Source: a virus (taxonomy: Duplodnaviria > Caudoviricetes). From it: a stretch of 54,617 bases of DNA. Made by a program: the position numbers and the translations under genes. Shown piece after piece: positions 1 to 8,935 of the stretch (the first letter of the stretch is position 1; the number at the start of each line of letters is the position of its first letter). The notes beneath the pieces were generated by a model. It had not been told where the DNA came from, searched no databases, and was given only the letters and a program-made list of their open reading frames with translations. Location: positions 1 to 54,617 of the IMG/VR virus record IMGVR_UViG_3300033146_001808; one strand, written 5' to 3'.

Positions 1-357
1 CCAGAGATTATTGGATATGAACCCATAGTTCAATCTAATCTTAACATCTGGTCAGCAAGTATAGGAGTGAATTTAATGACATCACAAGGGTATTCGTTAG
101 CTCCATTAAAAGTGTCTTTAAAATTCCAAATAGGCACATTCTACTATTATTGGCTAAATTTAACAGCGGTTGCACATCGCTATGGTATGGATATATTTAA
201 TCACTATATAGTGTTACCTATAACTTGGTTAGATGAAGTTTATGATACTAATGAGATAGAGGTAGTAGATGAAGATACAGGAGAAGTAACAAAAACAACA
301 GTTGCTATTCTTAACAAAGACCATTATCGAGTTCACCAAAATAAGGTGAAGAGATAA
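1..357 (+). CDS. Partial (5'-truncated) hypothetical phage protein; may continue by a -1 frameshift to 485
   Basis: Frame 1 is open from base 1 (PEIIGYEPIVQSNLNIWSASIGVNLMTSQG...) to TAA at 355-357; the tracked GTG start at 67 is probably internal. Confidence 0.6.
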   Translation, partial: PEIIGYEPIVQSNLNIWSASIGVNLMTSQGYSLAPLKVSLKFQIGTFYYYWLNLTAVAHRYGMDIFNHYIVLPITWLDEVYDTNEIEVVDEDTGEVTKTTVAILNKDHYRVHQNKVKR

Positions 358-484
358 TTTATGGATATAGCGAGAAATATAAGCTCGACAATTATCCAAT
401 GAATGTATTAGATAATGAGAGTTTTGCTGAGTCGATTGCTGTTGGTGGAGAATTTTATGTTGAACCAATTGAAATTGAGGACTA

Positions 485-1084
485 ATGGACAATAACACTT
501 TAATCGACAAAAAGACAACTAGGTTGTCACAGAACCAAACATTTACGTTGTTTTTAATGGCTATGTTATTTTTTGTTGGCTATTCTTCATACAATGGTTA
601 TGTTGAGGGGAAGGTCACTAAAAATCACCAAATAATATCTATCAAGAAATCTGACCAAATTATTAGTTTATTAAAAATCATGGTAGAAGGAAGAGTTGAT
701 GTATTAAGTGAAGATGCTGCTTTGGAAAAATATCATGATAAATTTAATTGTAGCGCTTATGCCATATTAGACATGGCAATGCATACATTAACAATAAATA
801 ATGTTCATGATAGTATTCGTCAGATACAAATAAGAACCTATTACGATGTTGCTATCACTAATATGTATATGGACGACACTAGAATATTATCGAAGTTTAG
901 GTGTGGTGATAAAAGGCTTGATGGAGTAATGGCGTACATTCACCCAAATGAAATATTAGATCCCGTTTTAAAAATTATGTTTAGTGATAGAAAAACCTTG
1001 CAGAAGCGTAAAGATATAAGACAATTTCTTTATGGAAGTTTTGAAAGGTATTATCAAAAAGGTACAACTTATATTAAAGAATAA
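485..1084 (+). CDS. Membrane-anchored protein next to the endolysin (possible holin/antiholin-type lysis protein)
   Basis: 199 aa; one hydrophobic segment FTLFLMAMLFFVGY near the N-terminus then a soluble domain; directly upstream of the endolysin. Confidence 0.45.
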   Translation: MDNNTLIDKKTTRLSQNQTFTLFLMAMLFFVGYSSYNGYVEGKVTKNHQIISIKKSDQIISLLKIMVEGRVDVLSEDAALEKYHDKFNCSAYAILDMAMHTLTINNVHDSIRQIQIRTYYDVAITNMYMDDTRILSKFRCGDKRLDGVMAYIHPNEILDPVLKIMFSDRKTLQKRKDIRQFLYGSFERYYQKGTTYIKE

Positions 1085-1088
1085 TATT

Positions 1089-1424
1089 ATGAGTTTAAGA
1101 AAAGAACAATCGGAGTTTGCTAAAGATATAGTTCAACTATTAATCTTTATCCATCAACAAGGCTTTGAGATAAGCTTTGGTGAAACTTTTAGGACTAAGT
1201 ATCAACAAGCGGAATACATTCGTACAGGGCGCTCAAAAACGATGCGCTCTAAACACTTAAAGAAGTTAGCAATGGATTTGAATTTCTTTAAAGATGGTAA
1301 GATTGTTTACTCAAAGGAAAGGCTTCAAGTGATCGGTGACTATTGGGAGAGTTTAGATACTTTAAATAAATGGGGAGGTAATTGGAAGTTTAAAGATGTA
1401 CCTCATTTTCAAAGAACAGCATAG
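1089..1424 (+). CDS. Endolysin, peptidase M15 family (L-Ala-D-Glu peptidase-like)
   Basis: Motifs ETFRT..QQ, SKH..KLAMDL and WGGNW.FKDVPHFQ match the Zn-binding H/D/H pattern of M15 peptidases. ATG at 1089 avoids overlap with the upstream gene. Confidence 0.9.
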   Translation: MSLRKEQSEFAKDIVQLLIFIHQQGFEISFGETFRTKYQQAEYIRTGRSKTMRSKHLKKLAMDLNFFKDGKIVYSKERLQVIGDYWESLDTLNKWGGNWKFKDVPHFQRTA

Positions 1425-1426
1425 TT

Positions 1427-1603
1427 ATGAAAAACGAAATAACATATAAATTCCATTTTACTATTAGTAAGATTATGGGAATATTTATAATTTTAGGAGG
1501 AATATCTTTAGGTTTTTATACTAAGGATAATTCAGTAGCGGTTACATTAACAACGGTAGGAGCCGGATTGTTAGCAACAAAGAATTTGTTTCAGAAAAAA
1601 TAA
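1427..1603 (+). CDS. Small two-TM protein, candidate holin (absent from ORF track)
   Basis: Translated by hand: MKNEITYKFHFTISKIMGIFIILGGISLGFYTKDNSVAVTLTTVGAGLLATKNLFQKK (58 aa); two hydrophobic segments, basic C-terminus, fills the gap after the endolysin exactly. Confidence 0.65.
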   Translation: MKNEITYKFHFTISKIMGIFIILGGISLGFYTKDNSVAVTLTTVGAGLLATKNLFQKK

Positions 1604-1611
1604 TATTTATA

Positions 1612-2727
1612 ATGGCAAAAGATTGTATAGAATGGAGTGAGTATGCTAAGATAGAGATTATAATAAAAAAATATCTTGAAGAGCATAATATTGTCGGTGA
1701 TGTTAAATTTATTGATTTAATAGATACTCCAGATGAATATGTTAATGAAAATTTATTTGTAAGAATAAATGATGATGGAGATGGTTTAATTTTTCATTCT
1801 ATTCCTTCTGGTACATATAAAACTACTTTGCCAGGAGATCCTAGAGTACCGGAAGATATAGGAGGTATTGATAAAGACACTTTAGCTTCAGAATTAGATG
1901 GTAAAACTAATAGTGAAATGTGGGATGAAATATTATTTAAAACAATGTTTGCTACTAAAACGGATGATAAAGATGTAACTTTAAATAGTATAATGAGTGG
2001 ATATGTTGAAGTAGGAACTAGTATTAGCGGAACATTAACTGCAACATATAATCATGGAGAAATTACAGATGGAGATGGAGTAACGACAAGTGAAATTGGA
2101 GATTCTAGTACTAAATTTGTATTTATAGATTATGATGACAATACTATAACTAAAAACGTTACTGATATAGACGTACAGAGCACCCCTATTACAACGAAAG
2201 TATTATCTGGAAGTCATAGATGTAAAGTAATATTAACTCATTTACCTGGCACTAAATCGTATTTAGATAGCAAAGGACATGTTTATACTGATACAAATTT
2301 AGATGATTTAATTGCAGAAACAGAAGAAATTGGTTATTCAAATTATTATTATGGAAGATATAAAATTCTTCAAGGATTTTTTAATAATGCTTCTGATCCT
2401 ATTACAACAGGAACAGGAAGTGCTGAAAGATTAGATGTAAATTTATTTCATAATAAAGTTTGGGGATTAAATGGAAGTGTATTAAGTTCATTATCATTTC
2501 TTGATACACAATATAAATTCGTTGTAGCTTTTCCTAAATCATTTGGAGATGTAACTAAGATAGTTCTTACACAAGGAGGAACACCAATAGAGATACAGAA
2601 CAATCCAAGTATGAGTAAGTTTGAGAAAGAATATGATATGCCAGATGGTAAAGTAACTTATAATGTATATTCTTATACAGTAGCAAATCCATTAGTAACA
2701 GGAACACCAATTAAAGTATTTTTATAA
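1612..2727 (+). CDS. Virion structural / fibre-associated protein
   Basis: 371 aa, Thr/Gly/Asp-rich, beta-strand-like; segments FIDLIDTPDEY..FVRINDDGDGLIF and IGGIDKDT..GKTNSEMWDEILF resemble phage fibre motifs; adjacent to the fibre gene. Confidence 0.55.
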   Translation: MAKDCIEWSEYAKIEIIIKKYLEEHNIVGDVKFIDLIDTPDEYVNENLFVRINDDGDGLIFHSIPSGTYKTTLPGDPRVPEDIGGIDKDTLASELDGKTNSEMWDEILFKTMFATKTDDKDVTLNSIMSGYVEVGTSISGTLTATYNHGEITDGDGVTTSEIGDSSTKFVFIDYDDNTITKNVTDIDVQSTPITTKVLSGSHRCKVILTHLPGTKSYLDSKGHVYTDTNLDDLIAETEEIGYSNYYYGRYKILQGFFNNASDPITTGTGSAERLDVNLFHNKVWGLNGSVLSSLSFLDTQYKFVVAFPKSFGDVTKIVLTQGGTPIEIQNNPSMSKFEKEYDMPDGKVTYNVYSYTVANPLVTGTPIKVFL

Positions 2728-2729
2728 TT

Positions 2730-5636
2730 ATGGGACAAGACTTAAACTTAGCAGTACCTTTAGGAAAGGCTAATAAATTTACTCAATTTGCTAATGTAGT
2801 ATTTGATTCTGTAGCTATATTACTTATTTATTTAAATGGTAATGGAACTACAATATCGCCTTCTGTTGTAAAAAAAGCTGGAGATTTTTATTTTGTAAAA
2901 GATGGAACTAAATTTATTTTATACACTCTTAATACAGATGAAATATCAGTTACTAGATTAGGAGAAAAAGGAGATGCTTTAAATTGGTTAGGAGAATTAA
3001 ATACTGCTCCTAGTAGTCCTAATGAATTAGATGCTTATTTTAATACAGTAGATGGTCAATCTTATATTTATAATGGAACTTCATGGGATAAATTATCACA
3101 AAAAGGTATTCAAGGAGTGCCTGGATCTGGAGTAATAATTATAGATACACTTCTTATTGCTGATATATTAGCATTAACTCCAGCAGTAGGTTCAATGTAT
3201 ATAGCAGAGAATACTGATAGTGGAGCTTCTGTTCCCGGAGAAGCAGGAGATGGATATGTTTATAATGCTAGTAGTTGGACTAATGTAGGTCCGATACGTG
3301 GACCAAAAGGAGAGGATGGAGATGATGCTCCAATGGTAAAAATAGAATATGCTATAAATACAAATGGAGATAATTCTCAAACAACACCTGCTGCAACACA
3401 TGAGTATATAAGTTTTAGTACTGATGACGGTGTAACATGGTCAGATTGGGCTAAATATATTGGAGATAAAGGTCAGCCTGGAGATCCTGGTATAGATGCT
3501 AAGAATGTTAAAATAAAATATTGTACAGATACTAGTGGTAACACTTGTCAAACTACTCCTAGTATAACATATAAATATATAAGTTTTAGTACCGATGATG
3601 GTTCTAATTGGAGTACTCCAACAAAATATTTAGGTGATGATGGAAATCCGGGTAGTCCTGGTTCTAATGCTCCTATGGTAAAAATAAAATACGCAGAAGA
3701 TACTAATGGTACAAATGTTAGTTTTACTCCTAGTGCTTCTAGAAAGTATATTAATTTTAGTGTTGATAATGGAGTGATTTGGTCTGGGTGGTATAAATAT
3801 TTAGGAGATAAAGGAGATCAAGGAATTCCTGGACCAACTGTAGTTTCTGTTAAAGGTACGAATGTTGCTAAAATAAATACTACTGTTGGTGATGAGTTTA
3901 TTTTAGTAGAAACAGAAGATACTCCTACGGTTAATTCTATTCAACCTATAAGTTCTAAATGGGCTTATAGTTTTATATCAAAATTAATAAGTTCTTTTCA
4001 ATCAATTCCTGATAATAATCATTTTGTTACAGAAAAATTAGTTAAAAACTCTCTTGATAATAAAGTTACTGCAAATAATAACATAACAGCTTTAACAACT
4101 TCTGCAATAAGAAAGATAAAGCATGATGTTAAAGGCCTTATTACCGCTAGTACTGCTGCTACAACTGATGATTTAGCAGAAGCTTCTTCTAATCCTGCTA
4201 ATTTATATTTTACAATGGCAAGAGTAAGAACTACTACATTAAGTGGATTATCTATTCCAACTTCTTCTATTGTTGATATTACTGCTGCTAATACAGTTCT
4301 TGAAGCATTTGGTAAATTGCAAGCATTAATAAACGAAATAGATAGTGTAATATCTGATTTAACAACTGATGATATTCCTGAAAAAACAACAAGTCCTAGT
4401 AATCTTTATTTTACAACAGCAAGAGTTAAAGATGTCAAATTAGATGATATGGCTACTCCTGATGATAATACTGACTTAAATGCTAGTAATTCTCGTCATG
4501 GATTATTAAAAAAATTAATAGATGATGCAACTAAGTTTCTTAATTCAAAAGGAGAATGGGTTGTTCCTAATTATATTAATAATACTCATTTATTACATAC
4601 TGGAGATGTTGAGGGTGCTTTTAATTCTACAGCATTAACCATAAAAAACAAAGTTGTTACTTATGCTAAAATTCAAGATGTACCCACATTAACTGTATTA
4701 GGAAGAGTAGCTTCAAGTAGTGGTTCTGTAAAAGCTTTAACTAAAACAGAATTATTAACTTTAATAGATTCATTTAACACAACTAAAAGAGGATTAGTTG
4801 GTCATCCTACAACAGCAGAAGTAACAGCTAATAAAATATTGCGTGCTGATAATACATGGGTGTCTCAAATAAATACGCAACTTAGTAACACACAGGTAAT
4901 AGCAATGGAACTTGCTGGTTATAGTATAGCAACAGCTCCAGATACTATTGCAACTGATGATACTATTCTTCATGCTTTTGAAATACTTGAATACAGAGTA
5001 AGTATAAACGATAATAAAGTATCTGATCAAAATCATAATGTAGTTGGTAACTTAACTAATACTCCTACTGCTGCTAACGTAAAAATATTAACATCAAATG
5101 GTAATGATACTATAATACCTCCAGCAACAATATCAAAAGCAGGTGTTATGACAGCGGCTGATAGGATTAAGCTTAACGAATTAAAGATACAACATTACAT
5201 CACAGCTTCAAATGATGCTCCATGTGGTACTCTAGGTCTGACTACTAATGTAATTAATGATGAATGTGCTTCATTTGAAACAATTCGTCTAAATGTCTCG
5301 GTTAATACACCTTCCTTAAACGAGTTATTTGTATTAGACTCTAATGCTATTACGGTAATTAAGGCTTGTACGTTAAAAATACAATATGATATAGATTGTA
5401 ATGTAGATACTGACGTGGCTATTATTTATGTTTATAATAAGAGAACAGGTTATTCTGTACATAATACATTTTCCAGAGTTTATAATAAATCAGTACCACA
5501 ATCTTATTCTAAAACTATAACGGGTATAGTTGCTAATGATGGTGATGTATTTGAATTACGAGTTAGAAATCTTAAATATGTTAATGGAATGCGATTAACG
5601 TATTTTCAAGTAAATTTAACATTAGAAACAATATAA
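2730..5636 (+). CDS. Tail/head fibre protein with collagen-like and Asp-box repeats and a C1q-like C-terminal head
   Basis: 968 aa; G-X-Y tracts, three 57-aa repeats, two TTDD..NLYFT.ARV repeats, VTYAKIQDV..LGR fibre motif, beta-rich C-terminus (GDVFELRVRN). Confidence 0.8.
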   Translation: MGQDLNLAVPLGKANKFTQFANVVFDSVAILLIYLNGNGTTISPSVVKKAGDFYFVKDGTKFILYTLNTDEISVTRLGEKGDALNWLGELNTAPSSPNELDAYFNTVDGQSYIYNGTSWDKLSQKGIQGVPGSGVIIIDTLLIADILALTPAVGSMYIAENTDSGASVPGEAGDGYVYNASSWTNVGPIRGPKGEDGDDAPMVKIEYAINTNGDNSQTTPAATHEYISFSTDDGVTWSDWAKYIGDKGQPGDPGIDAKNVKIKYCTDTSGNTCQTTPSITYKYISFSTDDGSNWSTPTKYLGDDGNPGSPGSNAPMVKIKYAEDTNGTNVSFTPSASRKYINFSVDNGVIWSGWYKYLGDKGDQGIPGPTVVSVKGTNVAKINTTVGDEFILVETEDTPTVNSIQPISSKWAYSFISKLISSFQSIPDNNHFVTEKLVKNSLDNKVTANNNITALTTSAIRKIKHDVKGLITASTAATTDDLAEASSNPANLYFTMARVRTTTLSGLSIPTSSIVDITAANTVLEAFGKLQALINEIDSVISDLTTDDIPEKTTSPSNLYFTTARVKDVKLDDMATPDDNTDLNASNSRHGLLKKLIDDATKFLNSKGEWVVPNYINNTHLLHTGDVEGAFNSTALTIKNKVVTYAKIQDVPTLTVLGRVASSSGSVKALTKTELLTLIDSFNTTKRGLVGHPTTAEVTANKILRADNTWVSQINTQLSNTQVIAMELAGYSIATAPDTIATDDTILHAFEILEYRVSINDNKVSDQNHNVVGNLTNTPTAANVKILTSNGNDTIIPPATISKAGVMTAADRIKLNELKIQHYITASNDAPCGTLGLTTNVINDECASFETIRLNVSVNTPSLNELFVLDSNAITVIKACTLKIQYDIDCNVDTDVAIIYVYNKRTGYSVHNTFSRVYNKSVPQSYSKTITGIVANDGDVFELRVRNLKYVNGMRLTYFQVNLTLETI
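3300..3836 (+). repeat. Three degenerate tandem 171-bp (57-aa) coding repeats
   Basis: Equivalent blocks ataagttttagtactgatgacgg (3408), ataagttttagtaccgatgatgg (3579) and attaattttagtgttgataatgg (3750) are spaced exactly 171 bp apart. Confidence 0.92.
4161..4427 (+). repeat. Two-copy fibre repeat TTDD(L/I)xE...NLYFTxARV, 201 bp apart
   Basis: acaactgatgat... at 4161 and 4362, both followed by tattttaca...gcaagagt. Confidence 0.85.
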
Positions 5637-5637
5637 T

Positions 5638-6210
5638 ATGATTAATAAGATACAAGTTTACGGAATAGTACTTATAATTTTTATAGTGATGCTTATTGCT
5701 ATAATTTATGGAGGGAAAGTTATCATTAAATTAAATGATAAAATAGATAGTTTAGAAACAACAGTTATTCAAAGTGACTCGACAAACAAAGTTATCTTAT
5801 TGAGTAATGAGATGTTTAATCGTGTTTTAGAGAATAAATTAGATTCAATAGAGAAACATACTAAAATTAAGCCAAAGTATATTACTAATGTAACGGAGAT
5901 TCATAATCATTATCAAAGTAATGATACAACGATTTATGTAGCTCCTGAGCTATCATCTAATCTTTTTGATATAAGTTATGGTAATAAGTGTTGGGGATTC
6001 ACAGGAAGCTTTAATACGGTAAATAAAAAAGTAAAAATAAGTGATAAATGGGCTGAGAATGATATTACAATTTATGGATACTTTCAGAGAGATAGATTAT
6101 GGGGAGTTAAATGGTTTCCTAAATGGGGAACAAGAAGAGATTTTTTAGGTAGTTATTCTGATTGTGGAATTAAGACAGAAGTTACTGAATATAAATTAAA
6201 GAAGAAATAA
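5638..6210 (+). CDS. Membrane-anchored coiled-coil protein, spanin-like (Rz/i-spanin candidate)
   Basis: 190 aa; strong N-terminal TM (VYGIVLIIFIVMLIAIIYGG), coiled-coil-like stretch, beta-rich aromatic C-terminus. Confidence 0.5.
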   Translation: MINKIQVYGIVLIIFIVMLIAIIYGGKVIIKLNDKIDSLETTVIQSDSTNKVILLSNEMFNRVLENKLDSIEKHTKIKPKYITNVTEIHNHYQSNDTTIYVAPELSSNLFDISYGNKCWGFTGSFNTVNKKVKISDKWAENDITIYGYFQRDRLWGVKWFPKWGTRRDFLGSYSDCGIKTEVTEYKLKKK

Positions 6211-6818
6211 TGAGCGATAATATATTTGATAAAAGGAATGATTTAATTTATTTCGATAAAGATATTGATAAGCCAGCTTTAACTAAGCAGGCTTTGCCGT
6301 TTAAGCCAGTTAAAGATTTATATAGTAGAGATAGAAGCCAAGGTAAGAAGTTTATAAATAAGTGTGTAAAAATGGTTTATTATTTACACCATAAAGATTC
6401 TCCAATAGCTCATTTATCTACAGAGATGAAAAGAAATGAGATTGGTAATATGAGTGATGATCTAAATACTTTTGATTTTGGCAATGAATATTATAAAGCT
6501 TTTGAGAAGTTTTTCATAGAAACTCATCATTCAAGGATAGAGCAAAGATATTTAAGGTTTATTAGCGACTTAGATGACATTAGAGATAGTCTTATTGAAA
6601 TGCCTACGAAAGTCCGACAAAGAGTCTCTAAACTAATTGGAGAAGGAGAAAACCAACATAAACTTGAAGGAGTAGTTGAATATGATAATCAGATTGACAA
6701 AGTTCGTTCTATTCGTTCTTTATTAGATTTGGATAAATTAGAAAGCGTATTGAAAGCTAAAGTAGAAGAAGAGTACAAAGCTAAGAAAAGTAACAATAGA
6801 AGATTATTCGACCAATAA
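6210..6818 (+). CDS. Hypothetical protein, possible terminase small subunit
   Basis: 202 aa, helical and charged; ends 1 bp before TerL; positional inference only. Confidence 0.45.
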   Translation: MSDNIFDKRNDLIYFDKDIDKPALTKQALPFKPVKDLYSRDRSQGKKFINKCVKMVYYLHHKDSPIAHLSTEMKRNEIGNMSDDLNTFDFGNEYYKAFEKFFIETHHSRIEQRYLRFISDLDDIRDSLIEMPTKVRQRVSKLIGEGENQHKLEGVVEYDNQIDKVRSIRSLLDLDKLESVLKAKVEEEYKAKKSNNRRLFDQ

Positions 6819-6819
6819 T

Positions 6820-8934
6820 ATGAGATTTAAGAACACATATAAATTTAGCCCTATTTCGAATGGTGAAGAAGCGCCTTTTGAATTCGACCTATTTCATCAT
6901 AGTAATAATGAGGTTCCAGAATCAGAAGTTAATTATAATAAATACATTGAAAAGCACAATGTAATGACTGATGATTTTTGGTGGATAGAACAAAGGCGAA
7001 GGTGTATTGATGGTGTTACTTATAGTAATGTATTAGAAAAAGGTGGTGATGCTATTGTAGATGGTATTGATGCTATCTGGAATGATGCTAAAGAACCAAT
7101 GGAATATTTCAATAGGAATGTTGAAAGGCAAGTTATTATCCCTCCAACATCTGTTTATATTGTTGATGCTGATTTAATTTGTAAAGATTATAAGCTACAT
7201 ATCCCGGGAAGATTATATTTTTATCTTAATTTCTGGAAGATCATGAGAAAGGTCAAAGGTCAGAAGAGGAAAAAATATGGCAATCCTAAGTTTACGGATA
7301 TGGATTTCTTTAAAGCATATAGAGTAGTAAATCAAATTAAGGAAGGTGTTGATAATTCAGAAGCTAAAGCAAGACAGAAAGGATTTAGTGAGTGGGTAGG
7401 TGGAGGAATTCTTGCTTATAATTATTTATTCGTACATGATAGTGAGAATATTATAATTGCAGGTACAGAAGGCGATGCAACAAACTTGTTTGCTAAAACA
7501 ATGAATGGAATTGATAATCTTAAGAACACTCAATTTTATAGATTTTATAGTAAGAAAGTTCAGAGTAAAGATGATATGAAACTCATTGCTGAAAGAGGTG
7601 GTAGTATTCAATCTTTTTATACATCTACAGATCCTCAGAAACTTTCTCGTTTATCTCCTTATTGGGTAGTATATGAAGAGGTAGGAAAGTGGCAGAAAGG
7701 ACTTGTTAAGCAAGTTGATACGTTTGTTACTCCTTCAATTATTGCAGAGAATGAGCGTACAGGATTTAGAACATATATCGGTACTGGTGGAGAAATGGAT
7801 AAAGGAGCTGATGATTTACGTAAAATACATTATTCTACAAGCAATCAATATTTAAGGTTTGTAAATAAATTCGAGAGAGTTGATGCTACAAATACTAAAT
7901 CAGGTTGGTTTACTTCTGACTGGTGGTTTAAAGTTATTGATGAAGATGGAAATAGTTTAAAGGCTGAATCTATAGTTGCCAACGCTAAAGAAATTTCTGA
8001 CGAGAAAGATGCAGTAGAAAGATATATTCTTACTACTCAAAAAGCTTTATTTGCTGGAGATGCATTTATGATTTCAAATGCAGGTTTCTTTGGAGAGGTA
8101 ACTATAAATAGATTAAATGCTAGACTGGCTAAGATAAGATTGAACAAGGAGCTACAAATAGAGCGACATGGTATATTAGAATGGATTGATAAAAGTAAAC
8201 CTTATAATGGTGTTAGATTTATCGAAACTGATAAAGAAGAAGCTTTTGTTACAATAGTAGAAGAGCCAATGCTTGATAAAGATGGCAAAGCTTATTTTAA
8301 TTTATACGAAGGTGGTATTGATAGTTATGACCAAGATGAATCAAACACTTCAACTTCATTAGGAGCTGCGGTTATTAGAAAGAAATTATTAGATTTGAAT
8401 ACAACATATAATACTGATTGTGCAATGTTATTAGAACGCCCAGATACAGCTCATGGAGGAAGGGTGAAGTTTTATGAACATTGTGCTATGTTGGGTATTT
8501 ATTACGGTAAATTAGAGTTTACTATTGAGCATACAAGAAAGCTTGTAATAGATTGGATGTTATGGAATGGATTTGAGAGCTTAATTGCTGAAAGACCAAG
8601 TTTTGCTTTTGCTGATAAGATAGATAAAAGTAAGGCTGCGAATAGATATGGAGTTGATGGTAGTATGAAGCCGCAAGTAATGGCATTGATGTCAGAAACT
8701 TTAACAGAAGAGTTTATTGATAATATGTTCCTTACAGAACAGATTGAAGCTTTAGCTAAGTATCAGTATTCAAGAAGTTATAACTGTGATGTTACTGTTG
8801 CTACAGCTCATGCTAATATTGGAGCCAAGGAGCATAGTAATAGGATAATAATGACAGAGGATAGGAGAAATAACGAAAGAGCTTTTAAACCAAGAGTGTT
8901 CAAGAGAGTTAGTAATAATATAATAGCTATATAA
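6820..8934 (+). CDS. terL: Terminase large subunit (crAss-like type)
   Basis: EQRRRCIDG, YFYLNF, Walker A-like KARQKGFS, Walker B VVYEEVG, coupling motif GTGG, RNase H-like GGIDSYD and late YNCDVTV; precedes portal. Confidence 0.93.
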   Translation: MRFKNTYKFSPISNGEEAPFEFDLFHHSNNEVPESEVNYNKYIEKHNVMTDDFWWIEQRRRCIDGVTYSNVLEKGGDAIVDGIDAIWNDAKEPMEYFNRNVERQVIIPPTSVYIVDADLICKDYKLHIPGRLYFYLNFWKIMRKVKGQKRKKYGNPKFTDMDFFKAYRVVNQIKEGVDNSEAKARQKGFSEWVGGGILAYNYLFVHDSENIIIAGTEGDATNLFAKTMNGIDNLKNTQFYRFYSKKVQSKDDMKLIAERGGSIQSFYTSTDPQKLSRLSPYWVVYEEVGKWQKGLVKQVDTFVTPSIIAENERTGFRTYIGTGGEMDKGADDLRKIHYSTSNQYLRFVNKFERVDATNTKSGWFTSDWWFKVIDEDGNSLKAESIVANAKEISDEKDAVERYILTTQKALFAGDAFMISNAGFFGEVTINRLNARLAKIRLNKELQIERHGILEWIDKSKPYNGVRFIETDKEEAFVTIVEEPMLDKDGKAYFNLYEGGIDSYDQDESNTSTSLGAAVIRKKLLDLNTTYNTDCAMLLERPDTAHGGRVKFYEHCAMLGIYYGKLEFTIEHTRKLVIDWMLWNGFESLIAERPSFAFADKIDKSKAANRYGVDGSMKPQVMALMSETLTEEFIDNMFLTEQIEALAKYQYSRSYNCDVTVATAHANIGAKEHSNRIIMTEDRRNNERAFKPRVFKRVSNNIIAI

Positions 8935-8935
8935 A

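Noticed and set aside
1032-1088. Extended N-terminus of the endolysin, possibly a SAR or signal segment
   Set aside because: Overlaps the upstream gene by 53 nt; ATG 1089 gives a complete M15 domain with typical spacing.
3300-3836. Periodic repeat considered as a CRISPR array or DGR template/variable pair
   Set aside because: In-frame 171-bp coding repeats conserved at protein level, no unique spacers, no reverse transcriptase in the window.
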